Source: Mobula hypostoma
Lineage: Eukaryota
DNA length: 64,000 nt
Assembly: GCF_963921235.1 (NCBI RefSeq)
Contig: NC_086097.1
Coordinates: 209,314,001-209,378,000, forward strand
Reading direction: 5' to 3'
Position numbers and translations under genes: made by a program. Of the stretch, positions 50,234-62,718 are shown piece after piece (positions within the stretch are counted from its first letter, which is position 1; every line of letters begins with the position of its first letter). The notes beneath the pieces are model-generated. The model saw only the letters and a program-made list of their open reading frames with translations. It ran no database searches and was not told where the DNA came from.

Positions 50234-51518
50234 GTACAGTGTAATCAAATTCCTTACATTTGAACTCCTGGTTATTATGCAGAGGAAAATTCCATGGACA
50301 AGAGTGATGAAACGAGTTTTAATACTAATTTATATGCAAGTTTATGCAATCAAGCAACTTCTGTTTCGCAGACTCTAAAAACACTAAAGAATGCAGAGAA
50401 GATAAATCGAGAACAACAATTTTTAGAAAGCCATAATAGTAGATTACATTTAAAGAAATAAGATGTGAAAAATAACATAATTTGCTGACAAAAATTTAGC
50501 TTTCCATTCTAATATAATTACTTTGCTATTTAGGGCAATCATTACAGTCTTTAATACAAGATTGATTATTGACTATATCAGAACTGGACAGGAAAAAGGT
50601 TAATATGATTATCTAGTGGGTTAAACAGGTTAAAGATTAAATTAATTAGTGTCATGAATTACTTTTAAAAAGCATTTCCATTATACTGACTCTGTTGTTC
50701 CTGATTAAATTGGATTTTATTCATGGTTTAGTATACCACTGACCAATTCAAAATTAGAAACAGAATTAAGTTAATGGTTTACCACTCCCCAATGGTTTGA
50801 TTTTATTACCATTCCCAACATTTGGAATCTATGGCAGATGTAAATATCATTCAGATACACCTCAGATGCTAATATTTTCTGTTTGATAATTAGCAAATCC
50901 ATTGGCAATTACTTAATGAAATAATTATTTTAAGCACTTAAATAATTATTTCGTTTCAGTTGTTTCTAGCTATTTATTTTTAAACTAAGTTCAATGTCTT
51001 TAATATCGGTGAATTGATTTGCCAAGTAGGATAAAATAGTAAAGTCAAAAATGAAGTTCTCTCTAAGCTCCTGGTATTTACATAGTAATGCAACTTAATC
51101 TCATGAGTAAAAGTGAAAGTAAAGTCTATTATCATATGCACAATTACATAAATATCCAGATGAAATGAAACACAATTGCAGCATCACAGACAAATAGTAT
51201 CACAAAAGCAGCATTTAGAAGATAAACATAAATTATACATGTTTTTACAAGAAATTTAAATTTAACACAATTTAAAAATAAAAGCAAAGACTGTTTTAAT
51301 GCAAACTAGTAAAAGTGGTCATAAATTGCTAAGCTGTAGTGTTTAGGGTTGTGCCAATTGGTTCAGGAACCAAATGTTTGAAGAGAAGTAGCTGTTCCTG
51401 TGGTGCAGGACTTCAGACTTAAGTATCTCTTGCTTGATGGTAACTTTGAGAAGTTGGCATGTCCCAGATGATGGAGATCTTCAATGGTAGATGTTGCCTT
51501 TTTAAGACGTAGATATTA

Positions 51519-51817
51519 TAAGACCATAAGACCATAAGACTTAGGAGCAGAATTAGGCTATCTGGCCCATTGAGTCTGCTCCACCATTCAATCATGGCTG
51601 ATCCTTCTTTTCTATCTCCTCCTCAACCCCAGTTCCCGGCCTTCTCTCCGTAACCTTTGTTGCCATGTCCAATCATGAACCTATCAATCTCTGCCTTAAA
51701 TACCCCCAACAATCTAGCCTCTACAGCTGCATGTGGCAACAAATTCCACAAATTCACCACCCTTTGGCTAAAGAAATTTCTCTGTATCTCTGTTTTGAAA
51801 GGGCTCCCCTCTATCCT
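51519..51817 (-). mobile_element. CR1 3' end (TCTTATGG-tailed subfamily)
   Basis: (CCATAAGA)n tail and FSQRVVNLWNLLP on the minus strand. Confidence 0.9.
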
Positions 51818-52536
51818 GTAAATGGTAGGGCATTGAAGAATGCAGTAGAACAGAGGGATCTAGGAATAATGGTGCATAGTTTCCGGAAGGTGGAATCTCA
51901 TGTGGATAGGGTGGTGAAGAAAGCTTTTGGTATGCTGGCCTTTATAAATCAGAGCATTGAGTATAGGAGTTGGGATGTAGTGTTGAAATTGTAGAAGGCA
52001 TTGGTGAGGCCAAATTTGGAGTATTGTGTACAGGTTTGGTTACCGAATTATAGGAAAGATGTCAACAAAATAAAGAGAGTACAGGGAAGATTTACTAGAA
52101 TGTTACCTGGGTTTCATCACCTGAGTTACAGAGAAAGGTTGAACAAGATGGGCCTTTATTCTTTGGGTTGAGGGGGACTTAATAGAGGTATTTAAAGTTA
52201 TGAGGGGGATAGACAGAGTTGACGTGGATAGGCTTTTTCCATTGAGAGTGGGGGACATTCAAACAAGAGGAGATGAGTTGAGAGTTAAAGGGCAAAAGTT
52301 TAGGGGTAACTTCTTTACTCAGAGAGTGGTAGCTGCGTGGAACGAGCTTCCAGCAGAAGTGGTTGCGGCAGGTTCGATGTTGTTGTTTAAAGTTAAATTG
52401 GATAGATATATGGATGGGAAAGGAATGGAGGATTATGGGCTGAGTGCAGGTCGGTGGGCTAGGTGAGAGTAAGAGTTCGGCACGGACCGAGATGGTCTGT
52501 TTCCGTGCTGTAATTGTTATATGGTTATATGGTTAT
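51818..52536 (+). mobile_element. CR1 3' portion (GTTATATG-tailed subfamily)
   Basis: VNGRALKNAVEQRDLGIMVH..FTQRVVAAWNELP and a (GGTTATAT)n tail. Confidence 0.92.
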
Positions 52537-54019
52537 CCTTTATCAATGGTGGGAAGGAATGTGTACCAGACAGAGTCCATTACTTTCTGCAACTTCCTAC
52601 ATTTCTGTTTACTTATGTTGCCCTAAAAGACAATGATGCAAACACTCAGGATATTGTCAACATTACACTTGTAGAAGATTTTTAGAGTGTTCAGTAACAA
52701 ACAGAGCTCTGTACTGTAACACTTTGTTCTGCACTCTGTTATTGTTTTACCTTGTATTAATTCAATACTGTATACTGTTTTAATGAATATGGATGGTATG
52801 CAAGACAGTGTTTTCATTGTACCTCAGTACATACAGTATGACAAGAATAAATCAATTTATTCTCTTAACCTTGTAGGAAAATAAAGACGCTGACCTGCTT
52901 TACTTATGATTGCATTTATGTGCTGGGCTTAGGACAGGTCATCCAATATGTTAACATCCAGGAATTTAAAACTGCTGATTCACTCCACTCTTAAATCACC
53001 CAGTGTAGATTGGTTTCAGTTATGCACTGCAGTTGTTCTATTTTTCCACTTTAGTAATTCTTTGTGTTATTTATTAATTCAGTGTCATCTATAGGCAGAT
53101 CTATAAGATCAAGAGATATTTACTGACCTAGATTTTCTAAATAAAACCCAGCAGTTCTGTTTAGAAATGCCAGCTTTTATTTACATTTCTCTTTGGAAAT
53201 TCAGGACTTCTGAGCAAGATCAAGTCCCACATTTGTTCTCAGTTGATTGCCTTTGCTAGGTCAACTGCACTTTGTTATTGAAATCCAACATTAGAGTCCT
53301 AAGCTCAAACTTCAATAGATTTTCCTCCACTCAAATTGGGAAATCTGCCTGGTGAACTTGTGCAAAGTCAATAAGTCTAGCAGATCCATTCATTACAATT
53401 GGAAAGAATGGTTATGGATGGAACCTTAAATGCGATTTGACTTGGTGAAATTCATTAAATGTATTTTATTGTTTTTATTTCCTAATGTTCTTGTTTTCTA
53501 CTAAATTGTTTAATACTAAAAAAGACTTCAGTATTTGAGAAATATTTCAAATTTTTAAAAAATTAATATTTTGGACTGCCTTTCTGTGTTTGTAAATGTC
53601 ACAGGCATTGAATCTCCTTGACAGCTTTGACAGCCTATATGCCAGAGGTCAGGTTTATCAACTCCCAAAGTAATTCTAAAATAGAGCCTGTCATTTTCAC
53701 TTTGAAGGGCACTGCTATGTACCAGGCCTCACCTGTCAGTTCTTCTTATTGGAAGCAACGTATGTGCCTTCAAATGAGGCAAAGTCAAACTACTAGGAAA
53801 CCTGCACTGACTACATGCAATTGGAATGATTTGGAGCCAAAGCTGCCTTGTTCTGTGAGGGACAGGCAACCATCAGGAGGCTGAGGGTTAGACTGTAAAA
53901 CAGAATAAAGAGATCTTTGGAATTCTTGCTTGATTGTTCAACATTCCCTTCCACAACCATTCTTTGCCAGGGCCAATGCCAGATCTTGCCGACCATTCTT
54001 CTGAGGAACCATTGGATAT

Positions 54020-54259
54020 GTGATGTCAGGGGTAAGTTTTTTACGCAGAGAGTGGTGAGTGCATGGAATGGGCTGCCGGCGGCGACGGTGGAGCAGGAAA
54101 CGATAGGGTCTTTTAAGAGACTCCTGGATGGGTACATGGAACTTAGAAAAATAGAGGGATATGGGTAAAGCCTAGGTAGTTCTAAGGTAGGGACATGTTC
54201 AGCACAACTTTGTGGGCCGAAGGGCCTGTATTGTGCTGTAGGTTTTCTATGTTTCTATG
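54020..54259 (+). mobile_element. CR1 LINE 3' end
   Basis: DVRGKFFTQRVVSAWNGLP..; near-identical to 6537-6777. Confidence 0.92.
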
Positions 54260-54289
54260 ATTATCAGTATGCTGTTAAACCATGATTCT

Positions 54290-55066
54290 GGAGGGATGGC
54301 AGCGCACTCAGATGCAGCAGCCACTTCGGGTCCAATCAAAGGTATAATTGTCGGTCCTTTATGTCTTTTTTATGATCGCAAAACACTGCTAAATGCCTCC
54401 AACATCAAGCACTGCAGGAGTTACTCGATAATGATGGAGCTGGACTTATTGCATACCACTATTGTGTTGTCACCTGGAATTATTTCATGCTGCTGCCGAG
54501 GGGATGTGCGTTGATTCTCTTAGCTGTTTTAATTGTGATTTCAAGACATAGTCGGACATTGGTCATGTACAATACTGCAAGTTCTCACTGCTTCGTTGGA
54601 GAGACCAATGGCATTGCCTCGGTTGTGGACTAGGCTCTCATGCTGCAAGGTCACCTGTTGCAGCCGTTCAGGGGAGGAGATGCCAGAGGCAGTGTGGAAG
54701 ACCTCTGTGGGTGTGCTGGAATCCCTACTAGGTTGGGCGCTGCCTCCCCGCCCCCCCCCCCCCCCCCGGTCAGTGTTGCCCTCCATTGTTCACTCAATGC
54801 TACGCTTTGGTGTTTGCTCAGTGCTGCCTCCTGTCGTCACTTGGTGGTAGGACAAACTGAAATAGGACACCGTACCATCCATCTACAAGCCATGCCTCTC
54901 AGGGGCTTGGGCGATACTGTATATTTTTTTCCCTTTGTAACTGTTTTTCTGCTATCTGTGCTATGTGTAGTATGCTGTGTACTGTTTGCACCTTGGCCCC
55001 GGAGGAACACTGTTTTGTTTGGCTATATTCATCCACAGTTGAATGATAATTAAACTTGAGCTTGAT
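54290..55066 (+). mobile_element. Bipartite non-autonomous LINE derivative (second family)
   Basis: Starts GATGGCAGCGC, has a non-coding GC-rich body, and ends in a Rex-type tail (TTGCACCTTGGCCCCGGAGGAACAC..GAATGATAATTAAACTTGAGCTTGA) matching the reverse complement of 28565-28640. Confidence 0.6.
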
Positions 55067-55659
55067 TAGAGAGGTTATTGCCCTGTTTAAAACCACAACC
55101 ACAACTATAACCATGGCTTTTTCATTATTATTTTGAACACCATTGCATTTCTTTTTGAGGTGAACTTTTCGAGCCACTCCAGTACTAAAAGTAGCCTGAA
55201 AGTTAGGGCAATTACCATGCAATCTTTTAAAATGCAAAAACCACCCATGATGATAGTGTTCCATGGGTTCGATTACACATTCAGGAATTGGCCTGGACTC
55301 ATCCATGTGCAATTCCTTTGCCGTTGCCAACATATGCCGATATTTAATCACACAGCTAATGATGCTATCAATACACAGCTGACATTTCACTGATTACTTC
55401 TCTAAATTGGTGTGTATAGCTGTAGCAATGACTCTTGTTTAGGAGGCAAAAGGAAACAAGGAGCAAATTTCACAGCAGAAGAACACAAAGAGCAGAAATA
55501 GAGGAACCTTGATGTGATATTGATATTTAATTTTCAGCCTCTGCCAGACTCAATTTTCATTACACTGTCTCTGTATATTGCTGCATGCTCCCCTGATGAT
55601 GACAATATCTTCGTAAAATGTACTGGTCCTGATGTGTCCCAGTTAACCAGAATCGACTA

Positions 55660-56200
55660 CAATTGTGGCAGAGATGTTGCTGCCTATCCTTACTGATTGT
55701 AGTCTGTTGGTCGGGAAATCAAGGATCCAGTTGTAAAGGGAAGTGTTGATTCCCAGATCTAGGAGTTTTGAAATGGATTTGCTTAGAATTATAGTATTGG
55801 AGACGGAGCTGTAGTCAATAAACAGTAGTCTAAAATACGTATCTTTACTGTCCAGATGCTCCAAAGTTGACTGTAGACTTGTTTCAGCAGTCAGTGAATT
55901 TCAGTGGGTCAAGGTTAACTGGGAGGCTAGAGTTTATATGTGCCATGACCAGCCTCTCGGAGCACCTCATGATGGAGGATGTCAGAGCCACTGGGCAGTA
56001 GTCATTAAGGCACATTACTTTGTTTTTCTTAGGTACCGGGATGATAGTTGTCTTCTTAAAGCAGGTGGATAGTGATTTTCTTAAGATTGGAGCAAAAAGA
56101 GGTTAAAAATGTCTGAAAATCCCCCACCTGCTGATCTGCACAGGATCTAAGGATACAACTAAGGACACCATCTAGATCAGATGCTTTCTGTGGGTTCACA
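55660..56200 (-). mobile_element. Rex1/Babar-type RT fragment
   Basis: EHLDSKDTYFRLLFIDYSSVSNTII..LYNWILDF..RLQSVRIG. Confidence 0.88.
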
Positions 56201-56202
56201 TT

Positions 56203-57070
56203 CAGGTTTAAGATAGCGCTGGTGAAACACAACGATGACTTGCTGGCAGAAAACACAACTATTAACTACTTTATTATCGAAACTTTCTCTCAAAAGTGAT
56301 CACTGCAATCGATGGCCTATAACTTCCCTTCTGGAGTTGAGCTTTTGAACCGCCTATACGATCTGGCATTTTCGTGGTGTGAACTGAAGACTTTAAGGTG
56401 CAAGACCGTTGCAGCACTTTGTGTATGGGCTGAATCGAGGTCAAGCATCGGCTTGTTCCTCAATCTTCGGCCTGGGCCCAAAAGCAGGGAAGAAACTAAT
56501 GTTTGGCCATTGCAGGAATGGGCTTGGAGCCAATTTGAAGTGGCAGATCTGAGGCAGAGTGGAGGTGGCAGGGCCCATGCCCAAGAGTGAGGAACAAGCC
56601 AATGCTTGACCAACTTAAGTGCTAGGCCAGATTGAAAAGGTCAGGGTTTTGGGGCCAGAGGCAAGTGATGGATTGGTGTTCAGCTTGCAGCTCCATGAAA
56701 TTTACTCATCTCTGAGGCCATGGCCTACAACTAATAGCTGAATCAGCTGTAGTGATGACTGGTTTCATGGCTGTGGACTCACTTTGTGAACTTCAGTTCT
56801 GAATGTTATTTGCTTACTTTCATTGTATGCAAGATTTTTTTCTGCACATTGGGTGTTTGATGGTCTTCTGTTTTTAAATGGCCTCTATTTTATTTTGTTT
56901 TGTGGCCTCCTGTAAGGAGTCAAATCTCAAGGTTGTATATAGTATACATACTTACTTACTACCCTTTATGCCATTGACATTTAGGACAGCAATGAAGGTC
57001 CTCAATCTCTGTGGTGTTCAGGACTTCCTTAATCATCTATACACACTTTGATAATACATGTACTTTGAAT
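56203..57070 (+). mobile_element. Bipartite non-autonomous LINE derivative, copy 3 of 3
   Basis: GGTTTAAGATAGCGCTGG start; homologous to 1841 and 34112; carries a small insert near 56950-57038. Confidence 0.7.
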
Positions 57071-57591
57071 TTAGAGCTCTGAATTTTTTTTTGAAGACTT
57101 AATTTATATCCGAAGCACTGGGTTCAGGTATTTTGGAGGCTATTAGGGAAGGTGGTAATATTCCAATCCCCTTCTCTTCAAACTTGCATAGTATGTGTTA
57201 ATCTCATTGGGATTGGTTTTGTTGTTACTGCTGATGCTGCCCGACCATTTGTAACCCAGTAAGGTACTGAAGATGTCCTTGAACACTCTCAACAGTCAGT
57301 TGGCATAGCTTTTCAGAGCTCTACCAAGTACACCATCAGGGCATGACACTTTGCGAGTGTTCACCCTTTTGAAAGATGCTCTGACGTCGGCCTTTAGGAC
57401 AGGGATCACAGGGTCACCAGACACTGCATGGACTTGCACAGGTGTAGTTTTATTCTCCCTTTTAAAGCATACATAAAAGGCTGTGATTTCAGTGAAGCAC
57501 CACAGCCATTAACGATGTTAGGTTTTGCTTTGTAGGAACCAATGGCCTTCAAACCCTGCCAGTGCATCCAATTCTATCTTCAATTGGAATT

Positions 57592-57888
57592 CACACACAA
57601 AATGCCAATAGGAGATCTCGGGGAAATGGAGGAGATGTGGTGAGGGCAGCATCAATGGTGGAGGAAAGAGAACTCAGTTCTTTGAAGAAAGAGGATATCT
57701 CTGATGTCTTGGAAAAGGAAGCCTCATCCTGGTGATAGATTAAGTGGAGATGAAGGAATTGAGAACAGGAAATAGCATTTTTATAGGAGACAGGGTGGGA
57801 AGAGGTATAGTCAAGATAGCCATGGGAATCGGTAGGTTTATAAATGATGTCGGTAGACAGCTTTGTCTCCAGTGATTGAGAAAGGCAA
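57592..57888 (-). mobile_element. Penelope RT/thumb fragment inserted in a Rex1-type relic (about 57240-58095)
   Basis: LSTDIIYKPTDSHGYLDYTSSHPVSYKNAI, flanked by TTCAATTGGAATT (57579-57591) and TTCAATCGGAATT (57889-57901). Confidence 0.85.
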
Positions 57889-58936
57889 TTCAATCGGAAT
57901 TGTTTTTTCACTCTTAAAATAGCCTTCCATAGGTCGTACCTGGAGTTCTGTACCGTTCTGAAACTCCGGTGTTGAATGTGACAGATCTAGCCCTCAGCAG
58001 ACTACGAATCTCCTGGTTCATCCACGGCTTTAAGTTTAGGTGTGTCTGGTATGTTCTTGAAAACACACACTCATCTACACAGGCCTTGATGAAGTTATAA
58101 AGTTATTATGTAATAATTGACTCATTTAATATATCATCAATAACATCCAGGTAAGGAGAACATTATATCATTATTTGTCAGATAATGATATGAGACTGAC
58201 TATTATGATGTTGCTCATCTATCTGATCATTTCACAATTAATATTGCAAGAATACCTTTCATGCTATCTTCACAAATTACAGACGTGCAATATTTTGTAG
58301 AATTGATGAGAATGGGTAGTCTTACCTACACATTATTCAAACAAAATTATTATGATTAAATGTCTTAGCGTGCTCTTGTCTTATTTTTGTCACTAATTCC
58401 ATTAACTTCAGAGGACAGTGTGACACAGAGGCAAGAGAAATGCTCATTATTCCGTACATGGCATTACAACAATGTGCTCTCTCCAGAGAGCAAGGTTTGA
58501 CAGGATCTCAGAAGTTTCGTTTAGAGAATTGGCAAGGCTTATATGACTTGCTTTCAAACCGGGAAGAATAAGAGGAAATTTAATCAAATTTATGCAATGG
58601 TTTAAGGACTCATTATAGTGAATCAAAGGAACAAATTTCACTAGTTGGGGATTTAAAATAGAATGGAATTGATGAAGAAAAAAATCCTTTAAAAATTTTT
58701 GGGGTTCCAAATCTCACTTACTGAAATTGGTGATGGAATTAGAAACACTCATTACATTTAATAACTGCATTATTAGATGCATGATGTACTTGAGTGCCAA
58801 AGTTATAAATTGAGAGCTATCTGCCCAAAGTTCTTACTTCAATCTGGTGGAATTCTTACTTTAATCCTTCTGTCCCTTAAGCTTCTAAAATTCTGTAATT
58901 TTGAATAATCATTTAAAATTAAAACTTCCCCCACAG

Positions 58937-59018
58937 GAAGTGAATGGCTTCTTGACAAAGTCATCATTAACTATGAAGAGAATGGCCAAGAGCATGAGGA
59001 TGTATTCACGTGCAACAG
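58937..59018 (+). CDS. RP1: Host gene exon E, PLAT domain 2
   Basis: Boundaries cccacAG|GAAGT...AACAG|GTacag; 82 nt; phase 1 in, phase 2 out. Encodes (G)SEWLLDKVIINYEENGQEHEDVFTCN(R). Confidence 0.92.
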
Positions 59019-59235
59019 GTACAGTATTGCTTGAACTAAAGAAGAAATGTCCTGACTTGCAGAATTAGACACCATAATGGCCCAGATTTTGCAGTTGTAA
59101 TGAGACCAAAGCTAACAGTGCTTACTGTTATTGCTCTTAACATAGGTAGCAACTTCTGGTGACATCATGGACAGAAGGTGCTGATATAACTAACAGGATG
59201 ACTTTTAATTTTATTGCATATTCATGAATTTGCAG

Positions 59236-59291
59236 GTGGTTAGATTTAAATCGGGATGATCAAAAAACCGAGAGAGAACTGATAGCAAAAA
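59236..59291 (+). CDS. RP1: Host gene exon F, end of PLAT domain 2
   Basis: Boundaries ttgcAG|GTGG...AAAA|GTAAGT; 56 nt; phase 2 in, phase 1 out. Encodes (R)WLDLNRDDQKTERELIAK, completing the CNRWL..D..REL motif. Confidence 0.92.
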
Positions 59292-61352
59292 GTAAGTATA
59301 AGAATCTGTCTTTTTCTATTCAAAGTATAGTTACTGTTTGATGACCAATGCTGATAATTGATAACATTTTAAAATGAGTTTTTTGTGAACATTTTTAGCA
59401 TTGATGTAAAATGTTTAAAGGTAAATTTTATAACATTTAGCTACCTGAGAAGAAATTAAATGCATAATTGAATGCCAAAGAGGAATTGCAAGATGCATAT
59501 TCAGATTCAGGTTCATTTACTCATTACACGTACATTAAAATTCACAGTGAAATGCATCATTTGCATTAACAAACAGCACAACCTAAGGATGGACTGCAGG
59601 CATTGAAGAAGGTCATCCATACTAAAGCTGACAACACTATTGGAGAGCTTATCATGGAATCATGGAAAAATATAACATCAGAATTTATTTAATTCTTAAG
59701 TGGTTCTTTCAAAGAATAAACCAGTTAATCCTACTGTACTAAATCCCTGATATATTTTGTTATTCAAACATGAATTCAATTTGATTTGAAAGTTTACTAT
59801 TCAGATGATATTATTCAGGAACACCTTCTACCTCTCTGTCATCAGATATCTGAACAGTCCATGAATCTGTGAACACTACATCATTATTCCTTTTTATTTG
59901 CATGACAAATATATGTAATCTTGTAATTCTATGTCTTTGTATTGTACTGCAGTTACAAAACAGCAAATGTCATGTCATTCTAGACAGTGATAACGTGATT
60001 CTGAGATGGTATCTCACGCTCTTTTAAGCAGGACATGAAAAAATTCTGCCAAATGATTCTCTTGCCAGTTACCTTAAAACTCTGCCTTTTGTTTCTAACA
60101 ATCCATCAATTCCCATTTTGTTTTTGGTCAGTTGTTGGAAGTTGCTTTCTCTGTCATAACCTTATAAGTTTGTGAATATCAATATCCTCTTTTGACTTGC
60201 TGTATTCTAAAGCAAGAAACTCCAGTGATGTTAATATGTTAACACAAATGTAATGCCTTCATCCTAGAAGGATTTTAGAAAATATCTTTAGGGAGTCATA
60301 TTAAGCACAGATCAGCTCCAATTCAGACATCATGACCAAATCTCGTCATCGTACCTGTGGAAGGTTGTGTAAATTTAGGTGAGACTCTTAAAGATATTTA
60401 CTAAAATCATTCTAGGGATGAAAGCATTACATTTGTGTGAACATATTAACATCATTTTTGCTCTGCGCTGCACCTAGTGCATTTTCCTAAAACATTGGGA
60501 ACCGAGAATTGGAGGTGGTGAATGACTTGAAATCTATTGCAGAGTCTTTATCAAAGCCACTTTAACAGAGATAGGATAATAACATGTTACTTCCAGCTCT
60601 CTCATCCACTTAGGGTGCACAATCATGATGATGGTGTGTAGAATTTTAGCTCAACAAATTGTATAAACGTGAATTCAACAGTTCAATGCACAACACAACA
60701 AAGTAGACAATGGAATGAAGCATGCAAAAGTTTTTCCATGATTCATTTGTCCTTATGCTGAACGTTGTGGTTGGGGCTTTTATTATATTTCTTAATAATA
60801 GGTGCAAGAATCATCCTGGCATCTCAGAAGGCAAGGCTGGAGGTGGCCATTGATGTGAGCAATGGAAGGTTAATCGTCTGCTTTTAGATTTAATGGCACA
60901 GGCAATTTGGAGTTCACCTGTACTATATTCAGCTATATATTGATCTGTACATTATTCCAATTCTGTCAATCTGCCCTGGTAGTATATTCACCTACACCCC
61001 CCACCCCGAAAACATCTTGCAGGTACACACATCCTCCTCTGTCTGCACATTTTTCACTCCACAATAATTCCAGCCACCACTCAGATTCTACCTTACTTTG
61101 CTGCTATATCTTGCATTTTCCTTTTATTCACCTTCGACAAAGGCTTCCCATACATTCAGGTCAAAGCCTGTCATTTTCTCATTCATAGATTCCTTCTTAC
61201 AGAACAGAGCAAAGAAGAGATAGAAACCAAGTTAGCCTTGGTCCAAAAGCAGAGAAGAGAAACTGAAGTACTATATCTAGCAAAACAGAACACCTGGCCA
61301 TTAACAATGGGGAGATGAAGACCTCATAGCTGCATAGTGACATGAATTCCAC

Positions 61353-62716
61353 AAGACCATAAGGCCAAAAGACATAGAAAAAGAATTAGACCATTTGGTC
61401 TATCGAGTCTGTTCCAACATACCATCATGGCTGATTTACTATACCGCCAAACCCCAATGCCCTGCCTTCTCTCCATAACCTTTGTTGCCCTGATTCATAA
61501 AGACCTTATCAACGTCCACTTTAAATATACCCTATAAGTTGGTATCCACAGTCATCTATGGCAATGAATTTCAGTTTCACAACCCTCTGGTGAAAGAAAT
61601 TCTTCCTCAACTCTGTTCTACATGACATCCTTATATACTGAAGCTGTGGCCTCTGGTCCTAGCCTCCCCTACTATAGGATATACCCATGCCACATCCACT
61701 CTATCAAGGCTTTCAATATTCGATAGTTTCAATGAGATCTCCCCTCATTCTTCTAAACTCCAGTGCGTACAGGCCCAAAGCCATCAAATGCTCCTCGTAC
61801 CTTAACCCTTTCATTCCTGGAAACATTCTTGTGAACATCCTCTGGACCCCCTCAAATGCCAAAACAACTTTTCTTAGAGAAGGGGTCCAAACTGCTCACA
61901 ATACTCCCATTGCGGTCTGAACTATGCCTTGTAAAGCCTTGCGTTTATATTCTAGTCCTCTCAAGATGAATGCTAACATTGCATTTGCCTTCCTTACCAC
62001 TAAATGAACCTGCAAGTTAACCCTTAGGGAATCATGCAAAGTGACTCCTAACTCCCTTAACACCTCTGATTTTTGAATTTTCTCCCTGTTTAGAAAATAG
62101 TCCACACCTTAATTTAGACTTCCCTACATTATATTCCATCTGTTACTTCTTTGTCCATTATCTAAGTCTTTCTATAGACTTCCTGCTTCCTCAACACTAC
62201 CTGCCCCTCCACCTATCTTTATATCATCTGCAAGTTTGGCCACAAAGCCATCAATTCCTTCATTCAAATCATTGGCATATAACGTGAAAAGAAATGGTCC
62301 CAATACTGACCCATACCGAACACTACTAGTCACTCAAACCAAACAGATGACCCCTTTTATTCCCACAAACACAAGAAAATCTGCAGATGCTGGAAATCCA
62401 AGCAACACACACAAAATGCTGGAGGAACTCAGCAGGCCAGGCAGCATCTATGGAGAAGAGTAAACAGTTGATGCTTTGGGCTGAGTTCTTCCAGCATTTT
62501 GTGTGTGTCCCTTTATTCCTACTCTTTGCCTCCTGCCAATCAGCCAATCTTCTCTCTTTGTTAATCTTCTCTCTTTCCGGTAATACCATAGGCTCTTATC
62601 TTGTTAAGAAGCCTCATGTGCAGCACCTTGTCAAAGGCCTACGAAAATTCAAGAAAAAAATATCCACCGTCTCTCTTTTGTCTATTCTGCTTGTTATTTC
62701 CTTAAAGAATTCCAAA
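61353..62716 (-). mobile_element. Decayed CR1 LINE 3' half
   Basis: CCATAAG tail; LRVNLQVHLVVRKANAMLAFILRGLEYK, AKLADDIK and AFDKVLH motifs on the minus strand. Confidence 0.88.
62367..62508. mobile_element. Penelope-derived fold-back element with its centre deleted
   Basis: ACACACACAAAATGCTGGAGGAACTCAGC pairs with GCTGAGTTCTTCCAGCATTTTGTGTGTGT. Flanked by CCCTTTTATTCCCAC and CCCTTTATTCCTAC. Confidence 0.85.
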
Positions 62717-62718
62717 TA

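Larger units (their letters stand above)
51110..52720 (-). mobile_element. Rex1/Babar-type 3' fragment split by two CR1 pieces
   Basis: Rex-type tail near 51110, with coding remnants at 51350-51515 and 52536-52720 (TLKIFYKCNVDNILSVCIIVF). Confidence 0.65.
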
